Counted from the first letter of the stretch, positions 1-10,817 are shown. The stretch: 64,000 bases of DNA from Gammaproteobacteria bacterium (GCA_965238175.1 CBDEGZ010000003.1:256001-320000), one strand, 5' to 3'. The notes: generated by a model not told the origin, from the sequence alone. Numbers and translations are program-made.

Positions 1-2
1 GA

Positions 3-1958
3 AAAAATCCTATATTAACAAACTCAAAGGAAGGTTTATCTGAAGTACCTTTATCTGCGGCATGGATTGTTAAGCAGATTCCATCAATTGAAGAGCCTCT
101 AAAATCCACATATGCATATATTCAAACCTTAAAAACAAAATTATATGATCAACTCAAGTCTTCAAAATATGCGTGGGGAAATGAACAAATTATTGTAGAA
201 GAAATGATCGTGCCTGATAGTTTATTGGGTGTGAAATATACCGTTATAGCTACGGATAACAAACAATATCAATTGCTTGATCAAGATGGACAAAAATTAG
301 GAATGGGCAAAATTGGAGAGCCACTTGAGATCTCATTGCCGGATGGAAAGTTTGTCTTGCTTCTTTCAGACCTTACTGCCACGACAGGTAAGCATTTTGA
401 AATAACGAGAGTTCCGTTGATTGTCGCGATTGGTCAACAACAGAAAAATGTGATCGTGCGAGAGAAAGCGGGTGTTGTTAACTCTGGTCTTTTGGGCGTA
501 ACTCTAGAAGGAGCGGACAGGTTTAGCATTGTATCCATCATTAACGAGTTAATGGATACTTATATTCGCCAAAATGTTGATCGTAAAGCAGCTAATGCTG
601 AAAAGAAATTAAGCTTCATGGAGGAGCAGCTTGCTGTTCTCGAAGAAAGCATGAGTACAGCAGAGCAAGGATTGAACAACTATCGACAGCAAGAAGGTTC
701 CGTTGATCTGGCGACAGAGTCGGAAGTAATTCTAAAGCGAATTGTTGAAGTAGAATCGGAAATTTCAAGTCTTACCAGGAATCGTCTTGAGCTTATCCAA
801 AAATTTAAACCCAGACATCCTAAGATTCGGGCATTAGATGGACAGGTAGGTACATTAAAAAGAGAGCTGGAAAAATTGAACGGAAAGGTAAAGAAATTAC
901 CAGATACACAACAGCAAGTACTCAGTATGACAAGAGACGTCGATGTTCAAGCTAAACTTTACTCTTTTCTTTATAATAAAATTCAAGAACTTAAAGTTAT
1001 TACTGCCGGTTCTATTGGAAACTTAAGAGTTGTTGATTATGCAACACTGCCGGTTGAGCCTGTCAAACCGCAAGGAAAAGTGATAATCGTAGCGTATCTA
1101 TTGCTGGGTTTAATTCTAGGGGTTGGCGCCAGCTTTGTTAGAAGGGGAATGCATGCAGGGGTACATGATCCAGAGGTTATTGAGAAACAACTGGGCCTTG
1201 AGGTTCTTGCGGAGCTACCTTTGAGCCCACAACAGGCTAAACTTAAGAAAAGCAGCATTTTTGGTAAAAGTTCTAAAAAAGGTATTCTTGCGATTGTTAA
1301 TCCAGAAGATCCAACCATTGAGGGTCTGCGTAATCTTAGAACCTCACTTTACTTCTCTCAGTTTGAGTCGAAAAATAATCTGATAGTCATTACTGGGCCT
1401 GCACCAGAAGTAGGCAAATCATTTGTTTCTATAAATTATGCTGCTGTTTTAGCAAGTTCGGGTAGTCGTGTTTTAGTGATTGATGCAGATTTTCGCAGGG
1501 GCACTATCAGTGAATATGTCGGGATAGAACGCCATAGTGGGCTATCTGATTTGATCCTTGGGAAAATGAGTGCTGAGGAAGTGATTCAAGAAACAGATGT
1601 TGAAGGTCTGGACGTCATCACATCAGGCAAAATGCCTTCGAATCCTTCAGAGCTGCTACTACACGAAAACTTCGCAAGAGTATTAGAAAACATTTCGGCA
1701 AACTATAATTTTGTGATCATTGATACACCCCCAATCTTGGCATTTTCTGATGCCACGGTAATCGCACGACTTGCTGGCTCAGCTTTGCTTGTGGTCAAGT
1801 CTGGAATGCATTCGGTACGCCAGTTGGAATACACCATCAAGCAATTAAATAAAGCTGACGTCAAGTTAGAAGGTGTTGTTTTCAATGGACTGGATATAAC
1901 AAATACAGCTTATGGGTACGGGCACAGTTATGGTTATTCGTACTCTTACAAAAATTAA
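3..1958 (+). CDS. wzc: Polysaccharide co-polymerase / BY-kinase (Wzc/Etk family), 5' end outside the window
   Basis: The frame is open from nt 3 (…YAWGNEQI…) into the 204..1958 ORF. It has a coiled-coil periplasmic part, a TM helix, Walker A' GPAPEVGKS, VIDAD, Walker B IIDTPP and a C-terminal tyrosine cluster YGYGHSYGYSYSY. Confidence 0.93.
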   Translation, partial: KNPILTNSKEGLSEVPLSAAWIVKQIPSIEEPLKSTYAYIQTLKTKLYDQLKSSKYAWGNEQIIVEEMIVPDSLLGVKYTVIATDNKQYQLLDQDGQKLGMGKIGEPLEISLPDGKFVLLLSDLTATTGKHFEITRVPLIVAIGQQQKNVIVREKAGVVNSGLLGVTLEGADRFSIVSIINELMDTYIRQNVDRKAANAEKKLSFMEEQLAVLEESMSTAEQGLNNYRQQEGSVDLATESEVILKRIVEVESEISSLTRNRLELIQKFKPRHPKIRALDGQVGTLKRELEKLNGKVKKLPDTQQQVLSMTRDVDVQAKLYSFLYNKIQELKVITAGSIGNLRVVDYATLPVEPVKPQGKVIIVAYLLLGLILGVGASFVRRGMHAGVHDPEVIEKQLGLEVLAELPLSPQQAKLKKSSIFGKSSKKGILAIVNPEDPTIEGLRNLRTSLYFSQFESKNNLIVITGPAPEVGKSFVSINYAAVLASSGSRVLVIDADFRRGTISEYVGIERHSGLSDLILGKMSAEEVIQETDVEGLDVITSGKMPSNPSELLLHENFARVLENISANYNFVIIDTPPILAFSDATVIARLAGSALLVVKSGMHSVRQLEYTIKQLNKADVKLEGVVFNGLDITNTAYGYGHSYGYSYSYKN

Positions 1959-1974
1959 TACTATTCGTAGTATC

Positions 1975-2014
1975 AGCCCATTTTTGTAAATTACATATTC
2001 AGCGAATATGGGCT
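1975..2014. terminator. Possible bidirectional hairpin between convergent genes
   Basis: AGCCCAT(1975)…ATGGGCT(2014), with an alternative inner CATATTC-agc-GAATATG stem, in the gap between wzc and the GT4 gene. Confidence 0.35.
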
Positions 2015-2031
2015 AAATCCAGAGTCAAACA

Positions 2032-3246
2032 TCAGGAATACCGAATGAGAAGATTAAGAAATTGCACAATGTTTTTTTCTTGATCAAATTCGTTTATCAC
2101 TTTTACTCTACCCTCTTTCCCCAAAGCAATTTTTTTTGTAGGTTCTTTTTGTATATCCATTAGTGCTTTAGCTAGACCATCGGTATCGCGAGGCTCTACT
2201 AATATCCCAGTTTCCCCATTATCCACAAGCTCAGGTATGCCCGATAACTGACTTGATATTACGGGCAACCCACTTGCCATCGCCTCCATTAATACAACGG
2301 GTATACCTTCTCGTTTGCCTTGCTTTGTCGGAACACTAGGTAGAGTAAAAACATCCGATCTGGCCAACAAATCAAGAACCTTGTCCCTTGGTAATCCACC
2401 GTGGATATGAAATTTATCCTTCAAATTCAGATCATTGATGAGTTTCTCGATGCTGTCGCGCAGAGGGCCATACCCAACCAGATGGCACTCAAAGTTTATG
2501 TTCTTATCAAGTAATATTTTGCATGCTTCGACCAGATATTTATGACCCTTTACTTCTTCATATGAAGCAACACATAAAATTTGCAAAGGACGATCATCTG
2601 GTGATTTTTCAGTAGGAAAAAAGAGCTTAGTATCGATACCGCAGCGGATGACGTGTATTTTTTCACGATCTTTTTCCCCTGTTTCAGCTACCATCAATTC
2701 TTTGTTATAGGAGGATACGGTTGTCACAAAACTAGCCGCCTGGATCTTTTTATCTAACATCCTTCGATCAACATGTAGATCTGAACCATGTGCAGTAAAG
2801 CTGAACGGAATACTGGTTAGTCGATTAATAATTAATGCCGTGATTGTTGGGTGAGTCGCAAAGTGTGCATGAACATGCTCCACGCCAAGCTTTTCCATCT
2901 CATAAGCGAAAAGTACACTCTTTGGCAAAATCCCAAGTGCTCCTATGAAAAAATTCCGGCTCCCGAAGGTACCTGTCAGAACTTCTCGAATGATCTTAAT
3001 ATAGTTGGTGAAATCGCGACGGATATAGTGCCAATGTGCTGCGAGAATTTTAAGCGATAAGAAGGGATGAAAATGAGCTCTATCTGTCAGCTCTTGAGCT
3101 TCTTTGTGAGTCACAGCTGTCTTTTCTCGCAACAGTGGGAAAATTTCTACTTTAACTCCCTGTTCTTCAAGTGCGATAATTTCATAAAGTATGAATGTTT
3201 CAGTTAGCTTTGGAAAGCGAGACATTATGTAGGCAACTTTTTGCAT
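2032..3246 (-). CDS. GT4 glycosyltransferase (WcaL-like)
   Basis: FPKLTETFI, HVHAHFA, FTAHGSD, KGHKYL and the E-x7-E signature EGIPVVLMEAMASGLPV. Confidence 0.9.
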   Translation of the reverse strand: MQKVAYIMSRFPKLTETFILYEIIALEEQGVKVEIFPLLREKTAVTHKEAQELTDRAHFHPFLSLKILAAHWHYIRRDFTNYIKIIREVLTGTFGSRNFFIGALGILPKSVLFAYEMEKLGVEHVHAHFATHPTITALIINRLTSIPFSFTAHGSDLHVDRRMLDKKIQAASFVTTVSSYNKELMVAETGEKDREKIHVIRCGIDTKLFFPTEKSPDDRPLQILCVASYEEVKGHKYLVEACKILLDKNINFECHLVGYGPLRDSIEKLINDLNLKDKFHIHGGLPRDKVLDLLARSDVFTLPSVPTKQGKREGIPVVLMEAMASGLPVISSQLSGIPELVDNGETGILVEPRDTDGLAKALMDIQKEPTKKIALGKEGRVKVINEFDQEKNIVQFLNLLIRYS

Positions 3247-3272
3247 GATTATCTAAGGGTTGCTTTTATAAG

Positions 3273-4271
3273 TCAGGTGGCGGGTGTTTTAGGAATGGGA
3301 TTAATAACTGAGTGATCATGATGCTTGTTACGATGTCGCCACTTGTCAATATAGCTAAACCACTCTTGTAACCTTATTTTAAATAGTGCCAATGAGGTTC
3401 GCTGTGTGACTTCGGTACGGTAAAGTCGCAGCGGGTTAGCTGAATTCATATTATTAAAACCATCAATGACAGTGACCGCAAGCTCTATTTTTTCCTGTTT
3501 GAGTATATCCATAATTGCTTGATCGTGGTTACCATTCGGGTACGCAAACACCGGAAGCACCGCACCAATTTCATTTTTTAGATCATTATATGAACCACTA
3601 ATCTCTTCATGTGCTGACTCCAGAGTCAGTCTTGTTAATAAGGGGTGTGTGCGAGTATGCGCACCGAGTGTCACACCTTCATTAGCAATTACTCTAAGTT
3701 GATCCCAATCCATTGTACTCTGTTTGATTACGTTTACTATTTTCAGGCGCTCACACACATCATCAACAAGGGCCATTGCATCACTATGAGGAAGTGTTTT
3801 TACATGATTTTGTAAAAGCTTAAGACTCTGCATTTTTTTTGTATGATCCTCAAGTAAAAGAGTCGAGAAGTTAGTGTTAGCAATTTGCAGTTGGTTTTTT
3901 GAAGTTTGGGCAAATGCTGCATAGAGCTTATCCCACCAGAAAACGAGATCGGTTTGTCCAGGATAGCTTGTTGGGATAAATACTGTAGCGGGCAAATTAA
4001 GTTTTTTAAGGATTGGCCATGCAATCTCGATAAAATCAAAATAACCATCATCAAACGTAATTAATACAGCCCTATCAGGTAGTTGTTCTTGTGAAAGAGT
4101 TGCGGCCAAGACCTGTTCCATTGATACAACATTGTATGACTGAGCCAAGTATTTCATTTGCTCAGCAAATATAGCCGGTGTTGCACTTATAATTCTGGGA
4201 TTGAGAACACTATTTTTTGAGGGATCTGCTACACGATGATAAGTCAGGATGCGTAATAGATTTTTTTTCAT
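3273..4271 (-). CDS. Polysaccharide deacetylase (CE4/NodB)
   Basis: ILTYHRV, ITFDDGY, GAHTRTHP and FAYPNG motifs. Confidence 0.9.
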   Translation of the reverse strand: MKKNLLRILTYHRVADPSKNSVLNPRIISATPAIFAEQMKYLAQSYNVVSMEQVLAATLSQEQLPDRAVLITFDDGYFDFIEIAWPILKKLNLPATVFIPTSYPGQTDLVFWWDKLYAAFAQTSKNQLQIANTNFSTLLLEDHTKKMQSLKLLQNHVKTLPHSDAMALVDDVCERLKIVNVIKQSTMDWDQLRVIANEGVTLGAHTRTHPLLTRLTLESAHEEISGSYNDLKNEIGAVLPVFAYPNGNHDQAIMDILKQEKIELAVTVIDGFNNMNSANPLRLYRTEVTQRTSLALFKIRLQEWFSYIDKWRHRNKHHDHSVINPIPKTPAT

Positions 4272-4428
4272 ATTCTTGGATCTTAAATAGTTAAACTGGT
4301 TTCACGCGATTCAGTTTCAATAACAATGGATTTAAGATTATCACGACGATGGTTAAATCCAAATGCAATTATCTTTTAAGTTATGACTGCTTCAAGTTAG
4401 GTTAGCGTAGCATAAAAAATTATATGCC

Positions 4429-5571
4429 TTAGACGTATGGTTTAATTGCCTCGTATAGATCTGGAATCGAGACAGGATAGGGATGAGAAACCAGATAAGC
4501 CTCCTTGCCCGCTAATACTTTTTTTAACATGTCACATTGGAGCTCTTCGGAATTTTCAATATATGAGTTCTTAAGCTCGGGAAACGCAAATTTAAACTTT
4601 AGATAATTATTAACAAAATCTATTTGCTCATACTGCAGAGAAAATACCATGCGTTGAGCAACTTCATCAGGCTCAATATGCTCAACGGTTATTTCTGGTT
4701 TGTTGTGGCTAAAGACAAAAAAGAATTTATCAGGAATACCACTTAGAGATGATTCAAGACCTTTCTGATTAAACGCTTCTTTAGGTGGTAAATGCACATA
4801 GAGTTGCTTCTTGATCAATGGTTTGAGACGGTTGAAAAATGACAGAAGTTTTGAGTTACTTCGCGGATTCCTGGATATACACCACTCTATGAAGTTGACA
4901 CTCTTTCTGAGGAAGTAAAGTCGACACTTATCAGTATGGCCAACAAAATCCCACAACCGAGGTATTTCATGTAAATGCCAATCCCAGATCCGAATGGGCT
5001 CTGGAATGCCATGCATGCGTTTACCATCAACAGATAGATAAATCCATTCATCGCCGACATACTCGGCACCATTTGCGATAAAACCAAGCAACGTTTCAGT
5101 CTTACCACCTTTGGCCCAACCAGTTGCAACTACTCCTTTATCATTATAGGTAAAGGCCGATGCATGTAACGGTAACGCACCATTTTTCAATGCGATCAGA
5201 TTGATTATGGCGATTAGCATCGGTACTGCTGCAAGCCCTCTTTCGCAGATTATCTCACACTGACTACCAATTTGATCAAATGGAATTTGGACTTTAGCGC
5301 GAGACTTTTGTTTGCTACGCAAAATTAAAAAAACATCTTCCGTATAGCCTGCTTCATCTACTTCTAAATATTTGATCGGGGAAGATATCTGTAATTCGTC
5401 CACGAACTTAATAATTATGTCAGGTTCACGATCTAGATCTTTTTGGAGAGGACCAACTTGTCTGATGACAATCGCAATATCTTTTGGAGAAGCGTCAACT
5501 AGTCGAATACCTACAATACCATGCAGATCAAATTCGGTACTGGACGAAATACTCTCTGGACTGACTGCCAT
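4429..5571 (-). CDS. HPr-kinase-like P-loop protein of unknown substrate
   Basis: PLHASA…ATGWAKGGKT…YVGDEW matches the HprK/PEPCK-type LHA, Walker A and DD/DE layout. Confidence 0.65.
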   Translation of the reverse strand: MAVSPESISSSTEFDLHGIVGIRLVDASPKDIAIVIRQVGPLQKDLDREPDIIIKFVDELQISSPIKYLEVDEAGYTEDVFLILRSKQKSRAKVQIPFDQIGSQCEIICERGLAAVPMLIAIINLIALKNGALPLHASAFTYNDKGVVATGWAKGGKTETLLGFIANGAEYVGDEWIYLSVDGKRMHGIPEPIRIWDWHLHEIPRLWDFVGHTDKCRLYFLRKSVNFIEWCISRNPRSNSKLLSFFNRLKPLIKKQLYVHLPPKEAFNQKGLESSLSGIPDKFFFVFSHNKPEITVEHIEPDEVAQRMVFSLQYEQIDFVNNYLKFKFAFPELKNSYIENSEELQCDMLKKVLAGKEAYLVSHPYPVSIPDLYEAIKPYV

Positions 5572-5650
5572 TGGCTACTATCTCCTGATTTTAGTATTTA
5601 TTTTAACTAACACTTTCTTAAATATCCCAAATTTACGGTGTCTTAATAAA

Positions 5651-6877
5651 TCACGCGGTTAGACTTTTCGAGACTAATTTTTTTATGGTTTCCGGTATTT
5701 GTGCTATTGCAGGTAGCGGATCATCTAGGCACAGAAGATCAAATTTTCGATATGGATTAAAAAAACCAGCGAAGGCATAGACAGCTCGCATTCGACCCGG
5801 GGACTGAAAAAAATGAAATTTCTTTTTTTGACCAAGAACACAAGCAATCCACAACATATCACGCTGCAAATCACGACTTCTAACACCGGTTTTATATTGT
5901 TTTGGGTTGATCGACTTTACCGTGTCTGGACCGTTCAATGTCATTTCAGTCAGCATTAATGGGAAATCAACACCACTAAGCACAGCCAGAGGTAACGAGC
6001 CCCAAACACGGCCATTTATCTCCATCAAAACCTTTTCAGAACCATTAACCTTAAATTCCACCATTGCAAGCCCAGTCCATTTTAGTTCTTTGAGCATTGC
6101 TTCAGAATAATTAAAAAGTTCTGGATCCACCTCAACACCTTCTCGGTATGAGCTTGCACCTCCAGAGACGGGATACTCCCTGAGTCTTTTGTGTGAAAAT
6201 GTAGCAATCAAGTTTCCTTCATGCATCAGCATTTCAACACCATAACCTCGACCAGTATGATATTTCTGCAGTAGTACCTGGCATTTACCTTCAAAGGATT
6301 GCATTATTTGTTCAAGTTCTATCTTTGAAGATACATAGGTCACTTCAAAGGATTCTACTTTGCCATCCTTACTAAACTTGGCAGATGTTATCGGTTTTAA
6401 AACAATAGGCCACCCTAAATCATCTGCGTACTGTAAAGCTTCTACAGCTGTCTCAACTACCTCTGTTCTCGGAACTGGCACTCCCACTTTTCGCGCAAGT
6501 TCCATCGTTTTTTCTTTATCGGTGACAATACGGTATTTCTCTGTCGAAGGAAGAGCAAGGCGCGTTTGTGCTTCAAACAAATCACGACTTTTAATAATTG
6601 GCTGAATAACGACTTCTGTTGTCGGAATGAGAAGATCTATATCTTCAATTTTAACTTCGTTTAAAAGTAACTCTGCCGCTTTATCGGGATTATTTTCAGG
6701 TGAGGGATATAGCAATGTCTTCCAGACATATTTTGATTTAAAACCAATGCTGTTAGGATCACTATCAGCGGCGATCACTTTGTAACCCGCGCGACCAAGT
6801 GAACGGATTATTGCAACCGCACAACTCCTTGAGACGTCTGCAACAAGCACCGTGGCCTTATATTCTTCCCTTTGCAT
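5651..6877 (-). CDS. ATP-grasp carboxylate-amine ligase (D-aspartate-ligase-like)
   Basis: AIIRSLG, DKEKT, WPIVLKP, LLQKYH, AMVEFK and MEINGRVWGS. Confidence 0.85.
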   Translation of the reverse strand: MQREEYKATVLVADVSRSCAVAIIRSLGRAGYKVIAADSDPNSIGFKSKYVWKTLLYPSPENNPDKAAELLLNEVKIEDIDLLIPTTEVVIQPIIKSRDLFEAQTRLALPSTEKYRIVTDKEKTMELARKVGVPVPRTEVVETAVEALQYADDLGWPIVLKPITSAKFSKDGKVESFEVTYVSSKIELEQIMQSFEGKCQVLLQKYHTGRGYGVEMLMHEGNLIATFSHKRLREYPVSGGASSYREGVEVDPELFNYSEAMLKELKWTGLAMVEFKVNGSEKVLMEINGRVWGSLPLAVLSGVDFPLMLTEMTLNGPDTVKSINPKQYKTGVRSRDLQRDMLWIACVLGQKKKFHFFQSPGRMRAVYAFAGFFNPYRKFDLLCLDDPLPAIAQIPETIKKLVSKSLTA

Positions 6878-6881
6878 TATT

Positions 6882-7613
6882 CTATACTTCCCTGTCTTGA
6901 TGAAATTTGTAGATTTGTTCCTTTACGTGTGAGACCACCAACTCTAAAGGTATTGTTGTATCAACAACGACTGAATTTTTTGCGACACTTTGCAATTCTA
7001 AATATTGCTTACGTTTTATTTCAAGAAACTCCGGGTTGAATTCACCTTTTCGGGCAAAAACCACTTCTCCAGGTGCATCAAGAATAATTAGCAGGTCAGG
7101 TTCTCGTAGTGTATATTTCAGCACAAATCCATGTATCCTGCGTTTGAGCGAAATATTTTTATCACCAACTTGCATATCTTGATGATAATAATCATAAATA
7201 AAATGTCTGTCGAACAACACAATGTAGCCACGTTGAACATAAACCCAGGAAACGAGTTGTCTGTACCATTCTTCTAGTATCCTGTTTCCTAGACCAACAC
7301 TTTTACGAATTTTTCTGATCAATTTTTTAGCTAAATTTCTTGTTTCAGCTTTCCGTACTAACTCATCAAGCGCTTTATCTTCATGATCAAGTTCATTTTG
7401 AACTTTTTGGGAATGAGGTATCACATGTCCTGTAATGCCTTTGTTCTTCTTTCGAGTTTCCCACCAACGTGTGGTTGGTAACATTATGTTACTGGCTTCA
7501 ACATTCATACCCATATAAATGTATTTAAGTGGTAGATTAAAAGATTCTTCAAGTTCTTTTGAAACAGTGGTTTTGCCAACACCATCAGGCCCAATTAATG
7601 TAACTGTAAACAC
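6882..7613 (-). CDS. Thymidylate-kinase-like P-loop kinase
   Basis: IGPDGVGKTT Walker A, LFDRH, PDLLIILDAP…ARK. Confidence 0.8.
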   Translation of the reverse strand: MFTVTLIGPDGVGKTTVSKELEESFNLPLKYIYMGMNVEASNIMLPTTRWWETRKKNKGITGHVIPHSQKVQNELDHEDKALDELVRKAETRNLAKKLIRKIRKSVGLGNRILEEWYRQLVSWVYVQRGYIVLFDRHFIYDYYHQDMQVGDKNISLKRRIHGFVLKYTLREPDLLIILDAPGEVVFARKGEFNPEFLEIKRKQYLELQSVAKNSVVVDTTIPLELVVSHVKEQIYKFHQDREV

Positions 7614-7802
7614 CGGAACTTCACCTTTTTATTAATTCTTAGTTATCTATCTATAGTAGTGGTTTTTGGAATTAGAATGGCTAATTTTTGATAATTCAAA
7701 AATTATTTAGCAGATATGAGCACACTTTAGGAACCAATTTGTGGCTAACTCTAATTCATATTATTATTTATAAATTTAATTTTATCAAAATTTTTAGACT
7801 TT

Positions 7803-7842
7803 AAAACAATAACTAAAGTTAAAAAACAATAACTAAAGTTAA
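7803..7842. repeat. Perfect 20-bp tandem duplication (AAAACAATAACTAAAGTTAA x2)
   Basis: Read directly at 7803-7822 and 7823-7842, in the AT-rich region upstream of the tailoring operon. Confidence 0.85.
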
Positions 7843-7995
7843 CTCGATATTTAACTCTTTATTTTTTCCTGAAATATTAAAGAGGTACAGTTTTTATTTT
7901 TCGGAATTGTCCTTTAGCCCTAATAATTTTTAAGAGCAGGATTTCAGACGGTCAAACTACATCTATCAGATGATGGGTTACTTCAAAAGTTTATA

Positions 7996-8021
7996 CCTTC
8001 CCCTTTAGTCAAAGGGGAAGG
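7996..8021 (-). terminator. Hairpin just downstream of ppa (probable intrinsic terminator)
   Basis: CCTTCCCCTTT-agtc-AAAGGGGAAGG, a perfect 11-bp stem about 12 nt after the ppa stop. Confidence 0.75.
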
Positions 8022-8032
8022 ATAAGAAGAGT

Positions 8033-8566
8033 TTATTTTTCTGCTTGAGCACGCTTATAAGAAGCCATAATTTCTTCTCGCGCTGCTTCTATATTTTTCC
8101 AGCCATCTACTTTCACCCACTTACCAGTTTCAAGATCTTTATAGTGTTCAAAGAAATGTACGATCTGGTTGAGCAACATGTCTGGGAAATCTTGTGGTTT
8201 ATCTACATGTGTGTACATGCTGGACAACTTGTCAACAGGGACTGCGAGAATCTTCGCGTCTTCACCTGCTTCGTCTGTCATCGCCAACATACCCACTGGA
8301 CGACAACGTACAACTGAACCTGTAATTAGTGGTACGCCGGTGACAACCAGAACGTCTACCGGATCACCATCGTCAGAAAGCGTATCAGGGATATAACCGT
8401 AATTGCATGGATAGTGCATCGCTGTGTTCATAAAACGATCGACAAACATCGCACCAGTTTCTTTATCAACTTCATATTTGATTGGGTCGCCGCGTAATGG
8501 GATCTCAATGATTACATTAAAATCGTCTGGAAGTTGCTTTCCAGCTGGCACGCCTCTTAAAGCCAT
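8033..8566 (-). CDS. ppa: Soluble inorganic pyrophosphatase, family I
   Basis: [28 protein letters not shown] and FFEHYKDLE. Confidence 0.97.
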   Translation of the reverse strand: MALRGVPAGKQLPDDFNVIIEIPLRGDPIKYEVDKETGAMFVDRFMNTAMHYPCNYGYIPDTLSDDGDPVDVLVVTGVPLITGSVVRCRPVGMLAMTDEAGEDAKILAVPVDKLSSMYTHVDKPQDFPDMLLNQIVHFFEHYKDLETGKWVKVDGWKNIEAAREEIMASYKRAQAEK

Positions 8567-8677
8567 GTTAAGTCCTCAGTCTATAGTTAAGGTGTAAAAA
8601 TTCGAGCAATTATATACAGAAAATCAGGTGATAGCAGAAAACAACTGTTTACACAGTATTTCATGTCAGTATAAAGT

Positions 8678-8699
8678 GTTACTTCCAATAAGAAGTAAC
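8678..8699. promoter_or_regulatory. Inverted repeat in the ppa/hppA divergent intergenic region
   Basis: GTTACTTC-caataa-GAAGTAAC about 30 nt upstream of the hppA ATG (RBS AGGAGG). Confidence 0.4.
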
Positions 8700-8731
8700 C
8701 TAATAATAACAATATTCAACAGGAGGTCAGT

Positions 8732-10744
8732 ATGAGTTTCAATGCATTGCTACCAATGCTGCTAGGTGTGATCGGTCTTGGTGGTGCGTTCTATCTTTAT
8801 AAAGCTGTCAAAGAGTTTCCCGGAGGAGAAGGGAAAATTGCTGGAATAGCTGAACAGATCCATAGTGGCGCAATGGTTTTTATGCGTCGCGAATATACAG
8901 TGCTAGTTATTTTTTGTGCGTTCGTTTTAACATTAATACTTTTTTCTGATCTTGGTTGGAAAACGGCACTCGCATTTTTGATCGGAGCACTTACCTCAGC
9001 CACCGCTGGCTATATCGGTATGTACACCGCGACTCAGGCCAATGTTCGTACGGCGGTTGCTGCTCGAGATGAAGGTGCTTCAAGTGCTTTAACGATTGCT
9101 TTTTTCGGTGGCTCAATTATGGGATTAACCGTCGCCTCTATGGGCTTGCTCGGGCTAGGATTTTTGTATCTTATCTTTGGTGGCGATCCTGAAACTGCAC
9201 ATGTTATCCATGGCTTCGGTATGGGCGCGTCAAGTGTTGCATTATTCTCTCGTGTGGGTGGTGGTATCTTCACTAAAAGTGCCGATGTTGGTGCTGATTT
9301 AGTCGGTAAGATTGAAGCGGGCATTCCAGAAGATGATCCAAGAAATCCGGGCGTGATTGCAGATAACGTTGGAGATAATGTGGGTGATGTTGCCGGCATG
9401 GGATCAGATATTTTCGAATCATACTGTGGTTCGATGATTGCGACACTTGCACTTGCTTCAACCATGTCAGCAAGTTCCCTGGCTCAACTCAGTGCAGAAC
9501 AATCTGAATTAATGTTCTTGCCGCTGGCACTTGCGTCACTAGGCTTGCTTTGCTCAATGGGTGGAATCTTTCTGGTTAGACATTTTGCTAGCAAATCACC
9601 AGAAGTTGCATTACGCATAGGCACCATCGGTGCTTCGATCATTTTCATTGTTGCGGCACTTCTTTTGATCGCAGCTTACGGAATTAGCGTTAAAGTCTGG
9701 GGCTCTGTATTAGTCGGCGCATTAGGTGGAATTATTATTGGTCTGGTGACGGAGTACTACACTTCTGCTGCACCGATAAGACGAATCGCCAAGTCCGGCG
9801 AAACCGGTCCGGCAACCGTTATGATCACAGGTCTTGCGGTCGGCATGCAATCTGTCGTCGTTCCTGTTTTGACCATATGCGGAATCATTTTGATCTCAAG
9901 TAACCTGGCTGGATTATACGGCGTAGCAATTGCCGCAGTCGGCATGCTCGGAACGGTTGGGATTACCATGGCGATTGATGCATACGGACCCGTTGCGGAT
10001 AACGCAGGTGGTATCGCTGAAATGGGTGGCATGGGTGAAGACACTAGAGAGATCACTGATTCTCTTGATGAGTTGGGTAATACAACAGCAGCTATCGGTA
10101 AGGGTTTTGCGATTGGTGCAGCTGCGCTTGCCGCACTCGCACTGATCAGTGCTTACATCGAAACGATTATTCATGGCAGGGCTGATTTCACCTTAGAGTT
10201 GAATAGTCCACAAGTCCTTGCGGGTATGTTCCTTGGGGGAATTTTTCCATTTGTTGTCAGCGCAATAACAATGACCGCAGTGGGAGACGCAGCCTTCGAT
10301 ATGATCAAAGAGATCCGGCGTCAGTTTCATGAAATTCCTGGTCTATTAGAAGGTGAAGCTGAACCCGACACTGAAAGATGTGTAGACATTGCAACCACCG
10401 CAGCACTGAAAAGAATGGTGTTGCCAGGTGTTTTAGCAGTAGGTTCACCCGTTGTTGTCGGTTTCCTACTAGGCCCAGAAGCGCTAGGCGGAATGCTCGG
10501 TGGTGCCTTGATCTGTTGTGTCTTGATGGCGCTGATGATGGCCAATGCAGGTGGTGCTTGGGATAACGCCAAGAAATATGTAGAAAAAGGGAATCTTGGT
10601 GGAAAAGGAACCGATACTCACACTGCGGTAGTTGTTGGTGACACAGTCGGCGATCCATTCAAAGATACATCTGGTCCAGCGATGAATATCTTGATCAATG
10701 TTATGGCGATTGTTTCTTTAGTGATTGCGCCGTTGTTGGTTTAA
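8732..10744 (+). CDS. hppA: Membrane-integral pyrophosphatase, K+-dependent, probably Na+-pumping
   Basis: [55 protein letters not shown] and [10 protein letters not shown], with many TM helices. Confidence 0.97.
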   Translation: MSFNALLPMLLGVIGLGGAFYLYKAVKEFPGGEGKIAGIAEQIHSGAMVFMRREYTVLVIFCAFVLTLILFSDLGWKTALAFLIGALTSATAGYIGMYTATQANVRTAVAARDEGASSALTIAFFGGSIMGLTVASMGLLGLGFLYLIFGGDPETAHVIHGFGMGASSVALFSRVGGGIFTKSADVGADLVGKIEAGIPEDDPRNPGVIADNVGDNVGDVAGMGSDIFESYCGSMIATLALASTMSASSLAQLSAEQSELMFLPLALASLGLLCSMGGIFLVRHFASKSPEVALRIGTIGASIIFIVAALLLIAAYGISVKVWGSVLVGALGGIIIGLVTEYYTSAAPIRRIAKSGETGPATVMITGLAVGMQSVVVPVLTICGIILISSNLAGLYGVAIAAVGMLGTVGITMAIDAYGPVADNAGGIAEMGGMGEDTREITDSLDELGNTTAAIGKGFAIGAAALAALALISAYIETIIHGRADFTLELNSPQVLAGMFLGGIFPFVVSAITMTAVGDAAFDMIKEIRRQFHEIPGLLEGEAEPDTERCVDIATTAALKRMVLPGVLAVGSPVVVGFLLGPEALGGMLGGALICCVLMALMMANAGGAWDNAKKYVEKGNLGGKGTDTHTAVVVGDTVGDPFKDTSGPAMNILINVMAIVSLVIAPLLV

Positions 10745-10775
10745 TAAAGAAACGTTATTGAACGTTTATAATTAG

Positions 10776-10811
10776 CCTATCCAACTTTATATTAAGTTTA
10801 AGTTGGATAGG
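10776..10811 (+). terminator. Intrinsic terminator of hppA
   Basis: CCTATCCAACTT…AAGTTGGATAGG 12-bp stem followed by TTTACTT. Confidence 0.75.
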
Positions 10812-10817
10812 TTTACT

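Noticed and set aside
8797-10658. Numerous antisense and alternate-frame ORFs inside hppA (and similar ones inside other long genes)
   Set aside because: They are shadow ORFs of well-supported genes, with no RBS or recognisable motifs.
10754-10769. 16-mer GTTATTGAACGTTTAT also present near 56942
   Set aside because: A single 16-bp AT-rich match is plausible by chance in 64 kb, and the contexts differ.
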